Assembly (NCBI GenBank): GCA_041615815.1 | Contig: JBFJCP010000013.1 | Span: 1 to 64,000 of the forward strand | Source of the DNA: Gemmatimonadales bacterium | GTDB taxonomy: Bacteria; Gemmatimonadota; Gemmatimonadetes; Gemmatimonadales; GWC2-71-9 | Length of the DNA: 64,000 bases | Reading direction: 5' to 3' | Part shown: positions 9,982 through 20,141 of the stretch, one piece after another | How positions within the stretch are numbered: position 1 is the first letter of the stretch | Layout of the letters: each line of letters begins with the position of its first letter | Program-made: the position numbers and the translations under genes | Notes under the pieces: generated by a model | Database searches by the model: none | What the model was told of the DNA's origin: nothing | What the model saw: only the letters and a program-made list of their open reading frames with translations

Positions 9982-10449
9982 ATGAACAGAACCCTGGTTG
10001 TCCTTTGCGCCACCGGACTCGTGTGCGGGATGGCGGAAGCACAGGCCGTCCCAGTGGCAGGGGGGAGTCCCGAGTGGGCAGGGCTCGACAAGATGGAATG
10101 GCCTACGGTGGACGAGATCGGCGTACCCCTCTACCCGGATCTCACGGCGTTCCTTGCAGGCGAAAACGTGGGCGTGACGGAGGCCGAAGGAGAATTTCGT
10201 TTTGTGAACTTCGCCTCGCAGGCCGACGTTGCAACACTGCTGGCATGGTACGGGGAGCATGCCGAGGGATGGGTCGTGGACGAGACGATGGAGATGCTCT
10301 TCCCCGAGGGCGCCTCGATCAACGACGCCTTGATGGGTCAGACACCGTACGTGAACATCTCAGACATGGTCGAGGGGACCGAAGGCAAGTGCGGCGGGTG
10401 GTACGCCTGCAAGACCATGGTGCAGGTAGTGTATAAGCCTGCGCCCTGA
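9982..10449 (+). CDS. Secreted hypothetical protein
   Basis: GGAG RBS; signal peptide ending AEA-Q; acidic soluble domain with GVPLYP motif and two C-terminal Cys. Confidence 0.7.
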   Translation: MNRTLVVLCATGLVCGMAEAQAVPVAGGSPEWAGLDKMEWPTVDEIGVPLYPDLTAFLAGENVGVTEAEGEFRFVNFASQADVATLLAWYGEHAEGWVVDETMEMLFPEGASINDALMGQTPYVNISDMVEGTEGKCGGWYACKTMVQVVYKPAP

Positions 10450-10649
10450 ACGACGCCCGATCGTCGAGGGCACATAGGGACGGCGGCATCCCTCGTTGCT
10501 GACCCGTCGTAACCCAGAGATTTCGTGTTGTGCGCATTCCGGGTCCCTACGCGGAAGCCGAATGGGGCCCAGTGACGGGTGTTGCGTGCGTGCATCTCTT
10601 GCGCATCGGGTACAGGGCGTGAATCCTAGCCTGATAACCGTCTATCAAC

Positions 10650-11762
10650 GTGCCCACTCCACGAATTATCTTCGTCGACGTCGCAAGGAGTTGGGCCATC
10701 GGCTTGGCCCTGTTCCACCACGCGATGGTAGATCTGCGGGCCTGGGAGCTCTTGCCATCGCTCGAGCGAACCGGTCTCCTCCTGGTGGTCCGAGCCGCCA
10801 CCCCCACCTTCATCATCGTGTTCGGTATGATGCTCGAGATCGTCTACGTCCGACGTCTCGAGCGCCATGGATTCGCGCCCGTTGCGCGTCGACTCCTCGT
10901 TCGCAGCGCTCAGTGTTACGCAGGCTACGTCGCCACCATTGTCGCTGGGCTCATTGCTGGACACCTATCCCTGCGGGGGGCAACCGCTGCCGGGCTCTTC
11001 TTACAAGACGCCTACTTCGGCAACATTCTCAAGTTCTACACGCTGGCGCTTTTGTTCGCAGTCCCGCTCCTGTGGCTGCGGCAACGTGGCGGGATGACCG
11101 GACTGCTCGCCGTGGGTGCCGGACTCTGGCTTTTCCAACCGCTCCTGGCTTCCATCATCGACCCACCGTCGGGACTCGCGCACGGGATGTCTTTCTTGAT
11201 GGGGATCGGGGACTTCACCGGACCCAGCGTGTGGCACGGCCTGACATTCGTCGTTCTGGGAATGCTGTTGGGACGAGCATTACGGCATGACTGGCCCGCG
11301 CACATGCATCGGTTTTATGGCGTGGCAACCGGTGTGATGATCGCTGCCGGGATCGTCGTATTCTTCTTCGTCCTGCAATCATCCCCAGGTGACGTGCTCT
11401 GGAATTACGTGGACACACGCGCCTATCGGAGTGCCAACCACCCAGGCTATTACGCCATCGGCTCGCTATCGGCGGTCGCGATGCTACTCGCGTTATCCTG
11501 GCTCATCCCGCGAGACGGCAAGGCCGCGTTGGTCCCTCCGCTACTCGTCCTGGGGAATTCGTCCCTCTTGGCATTCACCTTGGGGAACGTCATCCTGAAC
11601 CTGCGGCCTCACCTGTGGGCTCCCGTCAGCGCCATCGAGGCTATGGCCGCAGCATTGAGCCTTTTGCTGCTGGTTGGCCTGATGCTGCAGGCTCGAACGT
11701 ACGCGGCAATCCGCTGGAACCTGACACGCCTGCGCGTGGGCGTGGCGAGGGATGGCGTGTGA
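10650..11762 (+). CDS. Polytopic membrane protein, OpgC/acyltransferase-like
   Basis: N-terminal RIIFVDVARSWAI..H motif, FIIVFG, NILKFY, LGNSSLLAF; many TM helices. Confidence 0.65.
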   Translation: MPTPRIIFVDVARSWAIGLALFHHAMVDLRAWELLPSLERTGLLLVVRAATPTFIIVFGMMLEIVYVRRLERHGFAPVARRLLVRSAQCYAGYVATIVAGLIAGHLSLRGATAAGLFLQDAYFGNILKFYTLALLFAVPLLWLRQRGGMTGLLAVGAGLWLFQPLLASIIDPPSGLAHGMSFLMGIGDFTGPSVWHGLTFVVLGMLLGRALRHDWPAHMHRFYGVATGVMIAAGIVVFFFVLQSSPGDVLWNYVDTRAYRSANHPGYYAIGSLSAVAMLLALSWLIPRDGKAALVPPLLVLGNSSLLAFTLGNVILNLRPHLWAPVSAIEAMAAALSLLLLVGLMLQARTYAAIRWNLTRLRVGVARDGV

Positions 11763-11932
11763 GGCGCCAGCTCAACCACGACTGACCGCACGCCATTCCG
11801 GCACGAGCGCGCGGCCGCGACCGAGACGGGGACTGTGATGGCCAACAGTTTCCACAGAGTGATGGGACCCTCCACGCGGTGTGCTTTGAATGTGCCAGCT
11901 TGGCTACTCTGCGACGGGGGCGTTGGCTTGGC

Positions 11933-12286
11933 TTACGGGATCTGCCAGAGGAGATACGCCGCTGTCACGGTTCCGACGATCACTCCACCGTAACAGACAA
12001 GGACGATGAGTTCGTTCAGATGTTTGATCTGTAATCCGTCGTACAAGGTGTAACGGAAGCGATGTGCCCAGTGAAACAGCGACAACACACACAGGAGAAA
12101 AAGAACCACGCGGGCCAACGGGTGACCGAACAAGGAAAGCAGATACGCATGACTGGGGGACGGGAGCCATCCAAGGGGATACGCGAGGCCGAACAAGAAC
12201 AAGAGGACCGGGATCAACAACGCCGCCAAGACCCCGCCAGCCGAAAACAGAGTCCATAAAAGCGGTTCTAGGGTTCGTCGTAGCAT
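11933..12286 (-). CDS. frdD: Fumarate reductase membrane anchor subunit D
   Basis: EPLLWTLFSAGG, FHWAHRFRY and CYG match E. coli-type FrdD; operon position. Confidence 0.9.
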   Translation of the reverse strand: MLRRTLEPLLWTLFSAGGVLAALLIPVLLFLFGLAYPLGWLPSPSHAYLLSLFGHPLARVVLFLLCVLSLFHWAHRFRYTLYDGLQIKHLNELIVLVCYGGVIVGTVTAAYLLWQIP

Positions 12287-12703
12287 TTACACCCTTTGGA
12301 ACATCCAGACGACCGCCACCGACACCACCACCCAACCCGCATAGTTGGCGATGGCAATGAGCGTTCCGGGAACGCGTTTCCCCTTCAGATGCACAACCAT
12401 CGCCTGGGGCGCGAGATTGAACCATGTCACGGCGTGAAACACGACGAAGAGGAGACCGACGACGTTCAACAGCAGCACATAGGGATTCGCCGCCCAACGC
12501 AGGAATTCCTGGTACGCGAGACTCCCGCGGCTGACTGCCAGAATCAACATCAGCAGGAAAACGACGAACCAGGCAACAAAGATGCTGCTCAGCTCGCGCA
12601 GGATGAACGCCAGGCTGGACCAGCGTTTCAGCCACCACCACGTGGAAACGCGCCGACGATACAAGCGTGGGTGGTCCTGCGTATACGGTGCTTGGTCCCT
12701 CAT
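12287..12703 (-). CDS. frdC: Fumarate reductase membrane anchor subunit C
   Basis: [36 protein letters not shown] at 12703 overlaps the frdB stop. Confidence 0.9.
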   Translation of the reverse strand: MRDQAPYTQDHPRLYRRRVSTWWWLKRWSSLAFILRELSSIFVAWFVVFLLMLILAVSRGSLAYQEFLRWAANPYVLLLNVVGLLFVVFHAVTWFNLAPQAMVVHLKGKRVPGTLIAIANYAGWVVVSVAVVWMFQRV

Positions 12704-13443
12704 CGTTTCCCCCACGGTACGATGAAGCGCTTGACCGCCTCGAGTGCAGCTTCCAGCTTGTAGCGTTGGATCGAGCCAGCGGGATCGACGTGCTTGGGGC
12801 ACACCTTCGTACATTGGCCCACAAACGTGCAGCCCCAAATCCCATCGTGCCCAGACAGTAGCTCCAGGCGCTCCACCGCTCCCTCGTCGCGCGAATCCAA
12901 ATTGTACCGCTGAGCGAGCGCAATGGCCGCTGGCCCGATGAATTCCGGGTCGAGCCCGTACACTGGGCACGCGGCGTAGCACAGCATACAGTTGATGCAC
13001 ATGCTGAACTGCTTGTACTGCGCCATTTGTTCCGGCGTCTGCCGATACTCACCCTCCGTCAGCGGCCGCTCGTCCTCACGGATGATCCATGGCTTGACCG
13101 CAGTCAGCTTGCGCATGAAATCGGTGAACTCGACCACGAGGTCCCGCACCACCGGAAAGTTGTCTAACGGCTCAACCCGCACCGGACCTGGTGCATAGTC
13201 GGCGAGAAACGTCTCACACGTTAGCTTCGGCTCGCCATTGACGGTCATCCCGCAACTGCCACAAATGCCCATCCGACACGACCAACGGTACGATAGTGTC
13301 CCGTCGAGTTGGTCCTTGACGTAGTTCAGTCCGTCGAGAATCACCCATTCCGGGTGGCACGGCACCTCGTATTCCTGGAACCTGGGTTCGAGCTCCTCCT
13401 CCGGGCGATAGCGCGCCAGCTGCAGCGTGATGCGGTCAGCCAT
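12700..13443 (-). CDS. frdB: Fumarate reductase iron-sulfur subunit
   Basis: [26 protein letters not shown] and [12 protein letters not shown] cluster motifs. Confidence 0.95.
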   Translation of the reverse strand: MADRITLQLARYRPEEELEPRFQEYEVPCHPEWVILDGLNYVKDQLDGTLSYRWSCRMGICGSCGMTVNGEPKLTCETFLADYAPGPVRVEPLDNFPVVRDLVVEFTDFMRKLTAVKPWIIREDERPLTEGEYRQTPEQMAQYKQFSMCINCMLCYAACPVYGLDPEFIGPAAIALAQRYNLDSRDEGAVERLELLSGHDGIWGCTFVGQCTKVCPKHVDPAGSIQRYKLEAALEAVKRFIVPWGKR

Positions 13444-13446
13444 ATG

Positions 13447-15186
13447 TCATCTCCCGTACACCCGCTCGCCAGGGGGCCAGCGGGTAATGGTTACCGGGAG
13501 GTATTCGACCCGGCAGGAGCCCCCGGGATCGCGGTAGGCCAACGAGTGCGCCAGATACCGCTGATCATCGCGGTTCAGAAAATCGGTCCGCTGGTGCGCG
13601 CCGCGGGATTCTTCACGCCTCAGGGCGGAGTGAACGATTGACTCGGCCACATCGAGCATGAATGACAGCTCCAAGACGGCGATCAGCTCGGTGTTGAACG
13701 TTCGACTCTTGTCTTCAAGCGCTACGGCTTCGAATCGCTCCTGTAACTCCTGCAATCGCCTTGCGGCTTCCGCCAATCCCTCGCCCGAGCGATAGATGCC
13801 GGCACCCTGCTCCATCGCCTTTTGCATCTCGATGCGGATGGTCGCGGGCCGCTCCCGGCCATCCGTCTTTTGGAAGAACGCTCGCTCGAGACGACGCCGT
13901 TCGTCCTCTGCCTGGGCCACTACGGTCGACCTGGGATCCTGCTGCCTGGAGGCGTACTCAGCCGCCGCCCGGCCGGCACGGGCACCAAAGACTAGCAATT
14001 CCGGCAGGGAGTTGGATCCAAGACGATTGGCACCGTTGATACTTACGCAGGCCACCTCACCCGCGGCATACAGACCATCCAAGGGCGTCGCACCCTGAAG
14101 GTCCGTGTGCACCCCACCCATCATGTAATGAATCACGGGCCGTACCGGAATCAGTTCGTTGACCGGATCGATGTTTTGATATTTCCGACACAGCTCGCGC
14201 ACGAAAGGGATTTTCGTGCTGATGACCTTTGCACCGAGATGCCGAAGATCGAGATGTACGACTGGACCGTAGGGTGTGTCGGTGGTCCGCCCCTTGTCCA
14301 CCTCTTGTACGAAGGCCTGGGAGAGACGGTCCCGTGGTCCGAGCTCCATGCTCCGCAATACTGGCCTGGGCTCCGGTGTACCGAGGTTGTAGTCCTGCAG
14401 GTAACGGTACCCATCTTTGTTGATCAGCCACCCGCCCTCCGCCCGCGCAGCCTCCGTGATCAAGATACCGGTGAATGGCAATCCGGTCGGATGGTACTGA
14501 ACGAACTCCATGTCCTTGAGCGGGATTCCAGCGCGGTAGGCCAATGCCATCCCGTCACCGTTCTTGATGTTCGCGTTGGTGGTGAAGGGGAACACCCGAC
14601 CGCAACCACCCGTGCAGAGCACGACCGCCTTCGCGAGGATCGGCTGCACTCTGCCGGACAGGAGGTCGATGGCCACCACACCTCCTACCCGTCCGTCGTC
14701 CACCAAGAGCTTGGTGACAAACCATTCGTCGTAGCGAAAGACGCTCGTGTGCTTGAGGGAGGTCTGAAACAGCGTGTGGAGCATGTGGAAGCCGGTCTTG
14801 TCGGCGGCAAACCAGGTTCGCCTCTTCTTCATGCCGCCGAACGCCCGCACGCCCACGCGACCATCCGGTTCGCGACTCCAGGGACAACCCCAGTGCTCGA
14901 GTTGGAGCAACTCCCGCGGTGCCTCCTCAACAAAGGCCTCCACGGCATCCTGATCGCACAACCAGTCGCCCCCGGAAATGGTATCGTAGGCGTGCTCGTC
15001 GAGGCTGTCGTCTTCCCGAATCACTCCCGCGGCGCCGCCTTCAGCGGAGACGGTGTGACTGCGCATGGGGTAAACCTTTGAGACGACCGCGACGCGGAGT
15101 CGGGGGTTGGTCTCCGCGATGGCAATGGCCGCGCGCAAGCCCGCTCCGCCGCCTCCAACCAGCACGACATCGTGGTAAGCGGTCAA
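13447..15186 (-). CDS. frdA: Fumarate reductase flavoprotein subunit
   Basis: GGGGAG FAD motif, covalent-FAD His in [47 protein letters not shown] start. Confidence 0.95.
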   Translation of the reverse strand: MTAYHDVVLVGGGGAGLRAAIAIAETNPRLRVAVVSKVYPMRSHTVSAEGGAAGVIREDDSLDEHAYDTISGGDWLCDQDAVEAFVEEAPRELLQLEHWGCPWSREPDGRVGVRAFGGMKKRRTWFAADKTGFHMLHTLFQTSLKHTSVFRYDEWFVTKLLVDDGRVGGVVAIDLLSGRVQPILAKAVVLCTGGCGRVFPFTTNANIKNGDGMALAYRAGIPLKDMEFVQYHPTGLPFTGILITEAARAEGGWLINKDGYRYLQDYNLGTPEPRPVLRSMELGPRDRLSQAFVQEVDKGRTTDTPYGPVVHLDLRHLGAKVISTKIPFVRELCRKYQNIDPVNELIPVRPVIHYMMGGVHTDLQGATPLDGLYAAGEVACVSINGANRLGSNSLPELLVFGARAGRAAAEYASRQQDPRSTVVAQAEDERRRLERAFFQKTDGRERPATIRIEMQKAMEQGAGIYRSGEGLAEAARRLQELQERFEAVALEDKSRTFNTELIAVLELSFMLDVAESIVHSALRREESRGAHQRTDFLNRDDQRYLAHSLAYRDPGGSCRVEYLPVTITRWPPGERVYGR

Positions 15187-15219
15187 CGGCCCGCCCCAGG
15201 CATGTGCCGAGACCTCCGG

Positions 15220-15444
15220 CTATTCGGCAATCAGCTCGTCCTCGAGAACCGTGCCGTCGTGACGGATGACTCTACAAGAGACGCTGCCGTCGTGATACTC
15301 GTGACGAAAGCTCCGGCAACCGCATTCATAGAAGAGCTCATCGCTGAGGAGGCACTGTTCGTCGCGATCCCGAAAGCGTTCTCCATTCACGATCTGTCCA
15401 CACGGAGCTTTCTTGTTGGTAAAGGGGGTGGTGGCGGCGGACAT
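15220..15444 (-). CDS. Small Cys/His-rich hypothetical protein preceding frdA
   Basis: AAGGAGG RBS, ATG at 15444, 74 aa with APCG, ECGC, HEYHDGS and RHDG; ends 33 nt before frdA. Confidence 0.7.
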   Translation of the reverse strand: MSAATTPFTNKKAPCGQIVNGERFRDRDEQCLLSDELFYECGCRSFRHEYHDGSVSCRVIRHDGTVLEDELIAE

Positions 15445-15689
15445 TGGCGGGTCCTCCTTGTCGAACGGAAACGCGGCCACGCCGGCGGGTGAGCTTCCCG
15501 ATTCTGATGGCCGTCTCCTTCTCGATTATGCATCCCGGCCATCCAGGCGGCAAGCACTCCTTCGATTAACCTTGCGTTCGCGTCTTGCTCTTTCTCTCTT
15601 TCAAAGAAGACCCGGCACCGTGACGGTACCGGGTCCTCGGTATGTTGTGGACTGTCAAACTGTCGGGGGTATTGGCGTAGTGCACCGCC

Positions 15690-18140
15690 CTACATCCCGT
15701 CCGATGTCACCCGCTCCATTTCGTGTTTGACATACCGATTCATCCACTCCTGCATCTCCCACAGCATATGCAGAATCGATTCACGCGCGCGATACCCATG
15801 GCTCTCATGCGGGAGCATCACCAGACGCGCCGTCTTGCCGAGCCCCTTGAGCGCGTTGTAGAACCGCTCGCTCTGCATGGGATAGGTACCGGAGTTGTTG
15901 TCCGCTTCGCCATGAATCAACAGGATGGGCTCGTTGATCTTGTCCACGTGCATGAAGGGCGACATCCCGAAGTAGATCTCGGGGGCCTCCCACACCGTGC
16001 GCTCCTCGCGCTGGAACCCGAAGGGGGTGAGCGTCCGATTGTACGCACCACTCCGCGCAATGCCCGCAGCGTACAGATCCGAGTGCGCCAGGAGGTTGGC
16101 TGCCATGAACGCGCCGTAGGAATGCCCACCAATGCCGATACGCTCACGATCCGCCACACCACGCCGCACGACTTCGTTTACCGCCGCCTCGGCGCTGGCC
16201 ACGAGCTGCTCCACGTAGGTGTCATTGGGCTCCTCATCGCCTTCGCCGATGATCGGCATGGTAGGTCCGTCCAGCACGGCGTACCCCTGCGTCAGCCAAA
16301 TGACGCTGGACCATCCGGTCAGGCGATCGAATTGATACGGCGAATCGGTGATCTGACCAGCCAAATCCGCGCTCTTGTATTCACGAGGATATGCCCACAT
16401 CAGCATGGGGAGCGGACCGTCAGACGCGGCGTAGCCCGGCGGCAGATAGAGAGTGCCGTTCAGCTTCACCCCGTCCGACCGCTCGTATTCGATCAGTTCC
16501 TTCTGCATGCCCGCGAGCTGCGGCGTGGGATTGGGGAACGACGTGATCTGCCGGAGCTGGCCACCGGAAACGTCACGTACGAAGTAGTTGGGTGGATCTT
16601 TCACCGACTCACGGACGGTGAGTACCTGGCGGCCAGCTTGATCCAACACCTGTAACGGCCGCTCGTAGTGCGGCGCCGATGAGCGGAAGACCCGCTGCGT
16701 CGTCTTGGTCCGGAGATCCAATACATCCAAGAACGGCCGGTTGCCTTCGGGTGAAGCGCCATCGCCGATCAGGTAAAGCGACCTTCCATCCCGACCGGTG
16801 TTCATGACCCACCGCCCCGCAGCGTTCCGCATCATGTCCGGGTATCCGGGATCGCCATAGCGATCTTCCCAGGAGCGATCGGACAAGAGCTCCGGCTGTT
16901 GCTCCGGTGCGCCGGGAGCCACGAGCCAGGTCTTGATCTGGCGAGTACGCCACCACAACGAGTTGATGAGCGCCACATCGTCCGTGCCCCAGTTCGTGCC
17001 CCCATAGCGCAGACCCAGGGTTGCCAACGTAGCGGGCGCGCCCCGAAACGGCGCCGGCAGCATGAACACCTTGTCCCGCACCTCCGCCGGCCTTCCCGCG
17101 TCGCCCCCATCCTGTGCCTCGGCCCATACGAGTGTCGCCGGCGCGTCGGCGCGCCACTCCACGTCCCGCGGGCCCGTGGGCACACTGCCAAACGGAATGG
17201 GCACCCCCTCCTGCAGCGGGAGATCCCCAAGCTGAAAGACCTGGCGACCCGTGAGATCCACGACTTCGATGCGCCGCGGGAACCGGTATGCGGGTACCAG
17301 GTACGAGAACGGTCTATGCAGCGTTTCGACGAGCACAAATCGTCCGTCCGGCGACGGGTCGAATCGCCAGATCTGTCCCGGCTCGCCGATGGGTGTCACC
17401 GTGCCCTCGATCGAGACCCTGGCCAGTTGGGACGTCGTATAGTGCTCGAAGAGCTCTTCATCGTAGGGATTCTCGAGGAGATCTTGATAGGTGCGCGCCG
17501 GCGCGGTCTCGCCGAGGTTCTCCTGGATGACCGGCCCGGAGGGTACCTGCGGCGCCTCGGGCTCCGCACCTCTCCCGTCCGGGATCAGCGTCACGACAAT
17601 CGACCGTCCATCCGGCATCCACTCGGGACTCCTCGCCATCGTCAGGTTGAGCCGCGGGCCAGTGAGCCGCCGCGCATTCCCGCTCGCCACCTCGGCCACC
17701 CAGAGCTCGATGCCGTCCGACGTGGTGTTGGTGAAGACCATACGAGTACCGCCGGGCGCCCACTCCACGTTCTCAATACGTGCGCCCGCGGGAATACCCG
17801 TGATGGGCCGCTCCATCCGATCCGCTACCCGCAGCAATCCGAGCCCCACGTAGTGGCGCGTCCGGCTCCGTCCATTGATCTGCGGTTTGATGCGAAGCCC
17901 GGCGAGCCTGAGCTCCCGCTCCGCCAGTTCCGCGATGGACGGAAGGCTCGGCACGTCCTGCAATAAGAGCCACTCGCCGGCCGGGCCCAGTCGCGCGGCA
18001 GGCGTGGGCGGTGCATCCACGATGTCGACCAACGTTTGGGTGGGGAGCTGATACTGCTTGCCATTGGTGGGCTCCTGCGCAACGAGAGACGTCGAGAGCA
18101 GCAGAATCCCGGCAACGAATGACAGTGATAGGCGGCGCAT
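15690..18140 (-). CDS. Secreted prolyl-oligopeptidase family (S9) peptidase, glutamyl-endopeptidase-like
   Basis: Signal peptide; GHSYG nucleophile, SGAYNRTLTPFGFQ, HGEADNN, HESHGY. Confidence 0.9.
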   Translation of the reverse strand: MRRLSLSFVAGILLLSTSLVAQEPTNGKQYQLPTQTLVDIVDAPPTPAARLGPAGEWLLLQDVPSLPSIAELAERELRLAGLRIKPQINGRSRTRHYVGLGLLRVADRMERPITGIPAGARIENVEWAPGGTRMVFTNTTSDGIELWVAEVASGNARRLTGPRLNLTMARSPEWMPDGRSIVVTLIPDGRGAEPEAPQVPSGPVIQENLGETAPARTYQDLLENPYDEELFEHYTTSQLARVSIEGTVTPIGEPGQIWRFDPSPDGRFVLVETLHRPFSYLVPAYRFPRRIEVVDLTGRQVFQLGDLPLQEGVPIPFGSVPTGPRDVEWRADAPATLVWAEAQDGGDAGRPAEVRDKVFMLPAPFRGAPATLATLGLRYGGTNWGTDDVALINSLWWRTRQIKTWLVAPGAPEQQPELLSDRSWEDRYGDPGYPDMMRNAAGRWVMNTGRDGRSLYLIGDGASPEGNRPFLDVLDLRTKTTQRVFRSSAPHYERPLQVLDQAGRQVLTVRESVKDPPNYFVRDVSGGQLRQITSFPNPTPQLAGMQKELIEYERSDGVKLNGTLYLPPGYAASDGPLPMLMWAYPREYKSADLAGQITDSPYQFDRLTGWSSVIWLTQGYAVLDGPTMPIIGEGDEEPNDTYVEQLVASAEAAVNEVVRRGVADRERIGIGGHSYGAFMAANLLAHSDLYAAGIARSGAYNRTLTPFGFQREERTVWEAPEIYFGMSPFMHVDKINEPILLIHGEADNNSGTYPMQSERFYNALKGLGKTARLVMLPHESHGYRARESILHMLWEMQEWMNRYVKHEMERVTSDGM

Positions 18141-18220
18141 GACGCTATACCTCGTGGTGGGAACTGTGTAGGAAGCTCGCCGACGGGCCAAAACCGCGCA
18201 ACTCGTACGAAGTCGTTCGT

Positions 18221-19708
18221 TCAGTTGGCCGCGTTCAGGCCCATCACCTCCAGGACGAGACGGCCAAGCTCCGCGCGAAGTTCCCGCCGGACGCGGGCCA
18301 CGCTGGGCTCATCGATTAGATTGCGTCGCTCGTAGGGATCGTCTTCCAGGTCGTAGAGCTCGTCGAGTTCCGGGTGCTGCATCCAGTGAATGTACTTGTG
18401 ACGCAGCGTGCGCACCGTGCGATAGTCCATGTCCATCAACCACGGCATGGGATTCTCATAAGTATAGAATTCGACCAGCATCGATTCGCGCCAGTCGTCG
18501 GCGTCGTCGTGGAGCAGCGGAACAAACGATCGGCCCTGGATGTGGCTCCCGATGGGTGTGCCCGTCAGCTCGAGCACCGTTGGCGCGATGTCGACCGACA
18601 GCACCAGCCCCGTTACCCGTGCACCGGCTGGCACGCGCGGCGGGTACCGCAAGAGCAGCGGGTTGCGGATGGATTCCTCGTACGGCAGTCGGCGTTCCAA
18701 ACTCAGGCCGTGTTCCCCGTAGAAGAACCCGTTGTCGCTGGTTAGGAGGATAGCCGTGGCATCGAGGAGCCCCTGGCGCTCCAAGGCATCCATGAGGCGG
18801 CCCAGCCCCTCGTCCACCGCCAGCAACATCTCGGCGCGGCGGCGGATGGTCTCCTCGCTCGTACCGGGGTCGAGGATGCCCCCGAACTCCCGGGTGATGT
18901 CCGCCGAGGCGCGATAGGCCAGGGCACGACGGAGTGCCGGCTTCTCCGTCAATTCATCCGGTGACGTGACGACGTTGGGACGGCGGGGGAATACATGTTC
19001 TTCGTAGCTGCCGAGGTGCCTTGGAGCCGGGATGTATCCGCGAGGGTAGTTGAGATCCACGGATCCGTCGTCGAGTTGACGGGCATCCGGGTGGATGGCC
19101 TTGTGCGCGAGATACACAAGAAACGGTCCGTCCCGCGGCCGCTCGATGAACGCAACCGCTCGATCCGTGAAGATATCCGTGACGTAGCCCGAGACTTCGT
19201 GCAGCCGTCCATCTTCGTACAGCAAGGGATCGACCGTGCGGCCCTGGCCTGGCAATCCCACCCAGTAGTCGAAGCCGGGCCGCGGCGTGGGATCGTTCCC
19301 CATGTGCCACTTGCCGATGAAACCCGTCTCGTACCCACGTTCGCGGAGTGCTCGCGGAAACGTCTCGAGCCGGTGACTCGCCCGGTTCCGCGCGACATTG
19401 TCGATGATGCCGTGACGGGAGGGATACTGGCCGGTCAGAATGCTCGCTCGATTGGGTGAACAAAGCGGTACCGCGTGGAAGGAATTCGTGAACAGCGCTC
19501 CTTCACTTGCCAGCCGGTCGATGTTGGGCGTCTCGAGATAAGGATGACCCGCGGCACCGAACTCGTCCCAGCGAAGGTCATCCACGACGATGACGATGAC
19601 GTTTGGCCGCAGCTCCGCATCCAACGTGGCAGATGCTTGCCGATCGTCGCTAGTGGGTTGGCACGCGGCAATCGCGAGTGGGAGTAACGTCGCCCCAGCC
19701 CGGCGCAT
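18221..19708 (-). CDS. Sulfatase (Cys-type formylglycine), lipoprotein
   Basis: PNVIVIVVDD, CSPNRAS (CxPxR), GKWH, SDNG; lipobox IAAC. Confidence 0.92.
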   Translation of the reverse strand: MRRAGATLLPLAIAACQPTSDDRQASATLDAELRPNVIVIVVDDLRWDEFGAAGHPYLETPNIDRLASEGALFTNSFHAVPLCSPNRASILTGQYPSRHGIIDNVARNRASHRLETFPRALRERGYETGFIGKWHMGNDPTPRPGFDYWVGLPGQGRTVDPLLYEDGRLHEVSGYVTDIFTDRAVAFIERPRDGPFLVYLAHKAIHPDARQLDDGSVDLNYPRGYIPAPRHLGSYEEHVFPRRPNVVTSPDELTEKPALRRALAYRASADITREFGGILDPGTSEETIRRRAEMLLAVDEGLGRLMDALERQGLLDATAILLTSDNGFFYGEHGLSLERRLPYEESIRNPLLLRYPPRVPAGARVTGLVLSVDIAPTVLELTGTPIGSHIQGRSFVPLLHDDADDWRESMLVEFYTYENPMPWLMDMDYRTVRTLRHKYIHWMQHPELDELYDLEDDPYERRNLIDEPSVARVRRELRAELGRLVLEVMGLNAAN

Positions 19709-19720
19709 TCGCACGCTGCC

Positions 19721-20107
19721 CTACCCTCCCGCCACCACGGCAACCTTGACCCAGTCGGCCTCTTCCCGACGCTCGCGGTCCTTGTACTTGACCTCGATCG
19801 TGCGCCCCACCTGCAGGTCCGCAAAGGAGCCTGTGAGGTTGGTCTCCTTCTGCGCCGACCGGTCCAACCAGATCCTTGCGTCATCGGGGATTCGGATGGT
19901 CCGCGCGTTTCCTTGCTCGTCTTGCACCGTGACTGTGCGCGCGGATTGATCCACTCCGGTAATCGCTCCCAGATAGGCATAGATGCCGGAGATGCCGGGC
20001 GACTGCCCAATTGGGATGTACCGCTCGGTTTGCTCCTGGCCCAATGCTTGGGATGCGCCGGCGGCCAACAGCACGAGGGTCACGAAACCAATGATGCGTT
20101 TGTGCAT
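19721..20107 (-). CDS. Secreted hypothetical beta-rich protein (OB-fold/DUF5666-like)
   Basis: Signal peptide ending ALG-Q; GAITGVD..RTVTV and DLQVGRTIEVKY patterns. Confidence 0.6.
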   Translation of the reverse strand: MHKRIIGFVTLVLLAAGASQALGQEQTERYIPIGQSPGISGIYAYLGAITGVDQSARTVTVQDEQGNARTIRIPDDARIWLDRSAQKETNLTGSFADLQVGRTIEVKYKDRERREEADWVKVAVVAGG

Positions 20108-20141
20108 GGAAGCACTCCCGTCTTCGACTACTGGTCTGATT

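Noticed and set aside
10495..10585. Possible structured RNA (ACCCGTC...GACGGGT closing stem) upstream of the OpgC-like gene
   Set aside because: Only short pairings and no match to a riboswitch or ncRNA consensus I recognise; an Rfam/Infernal scan would be needed.
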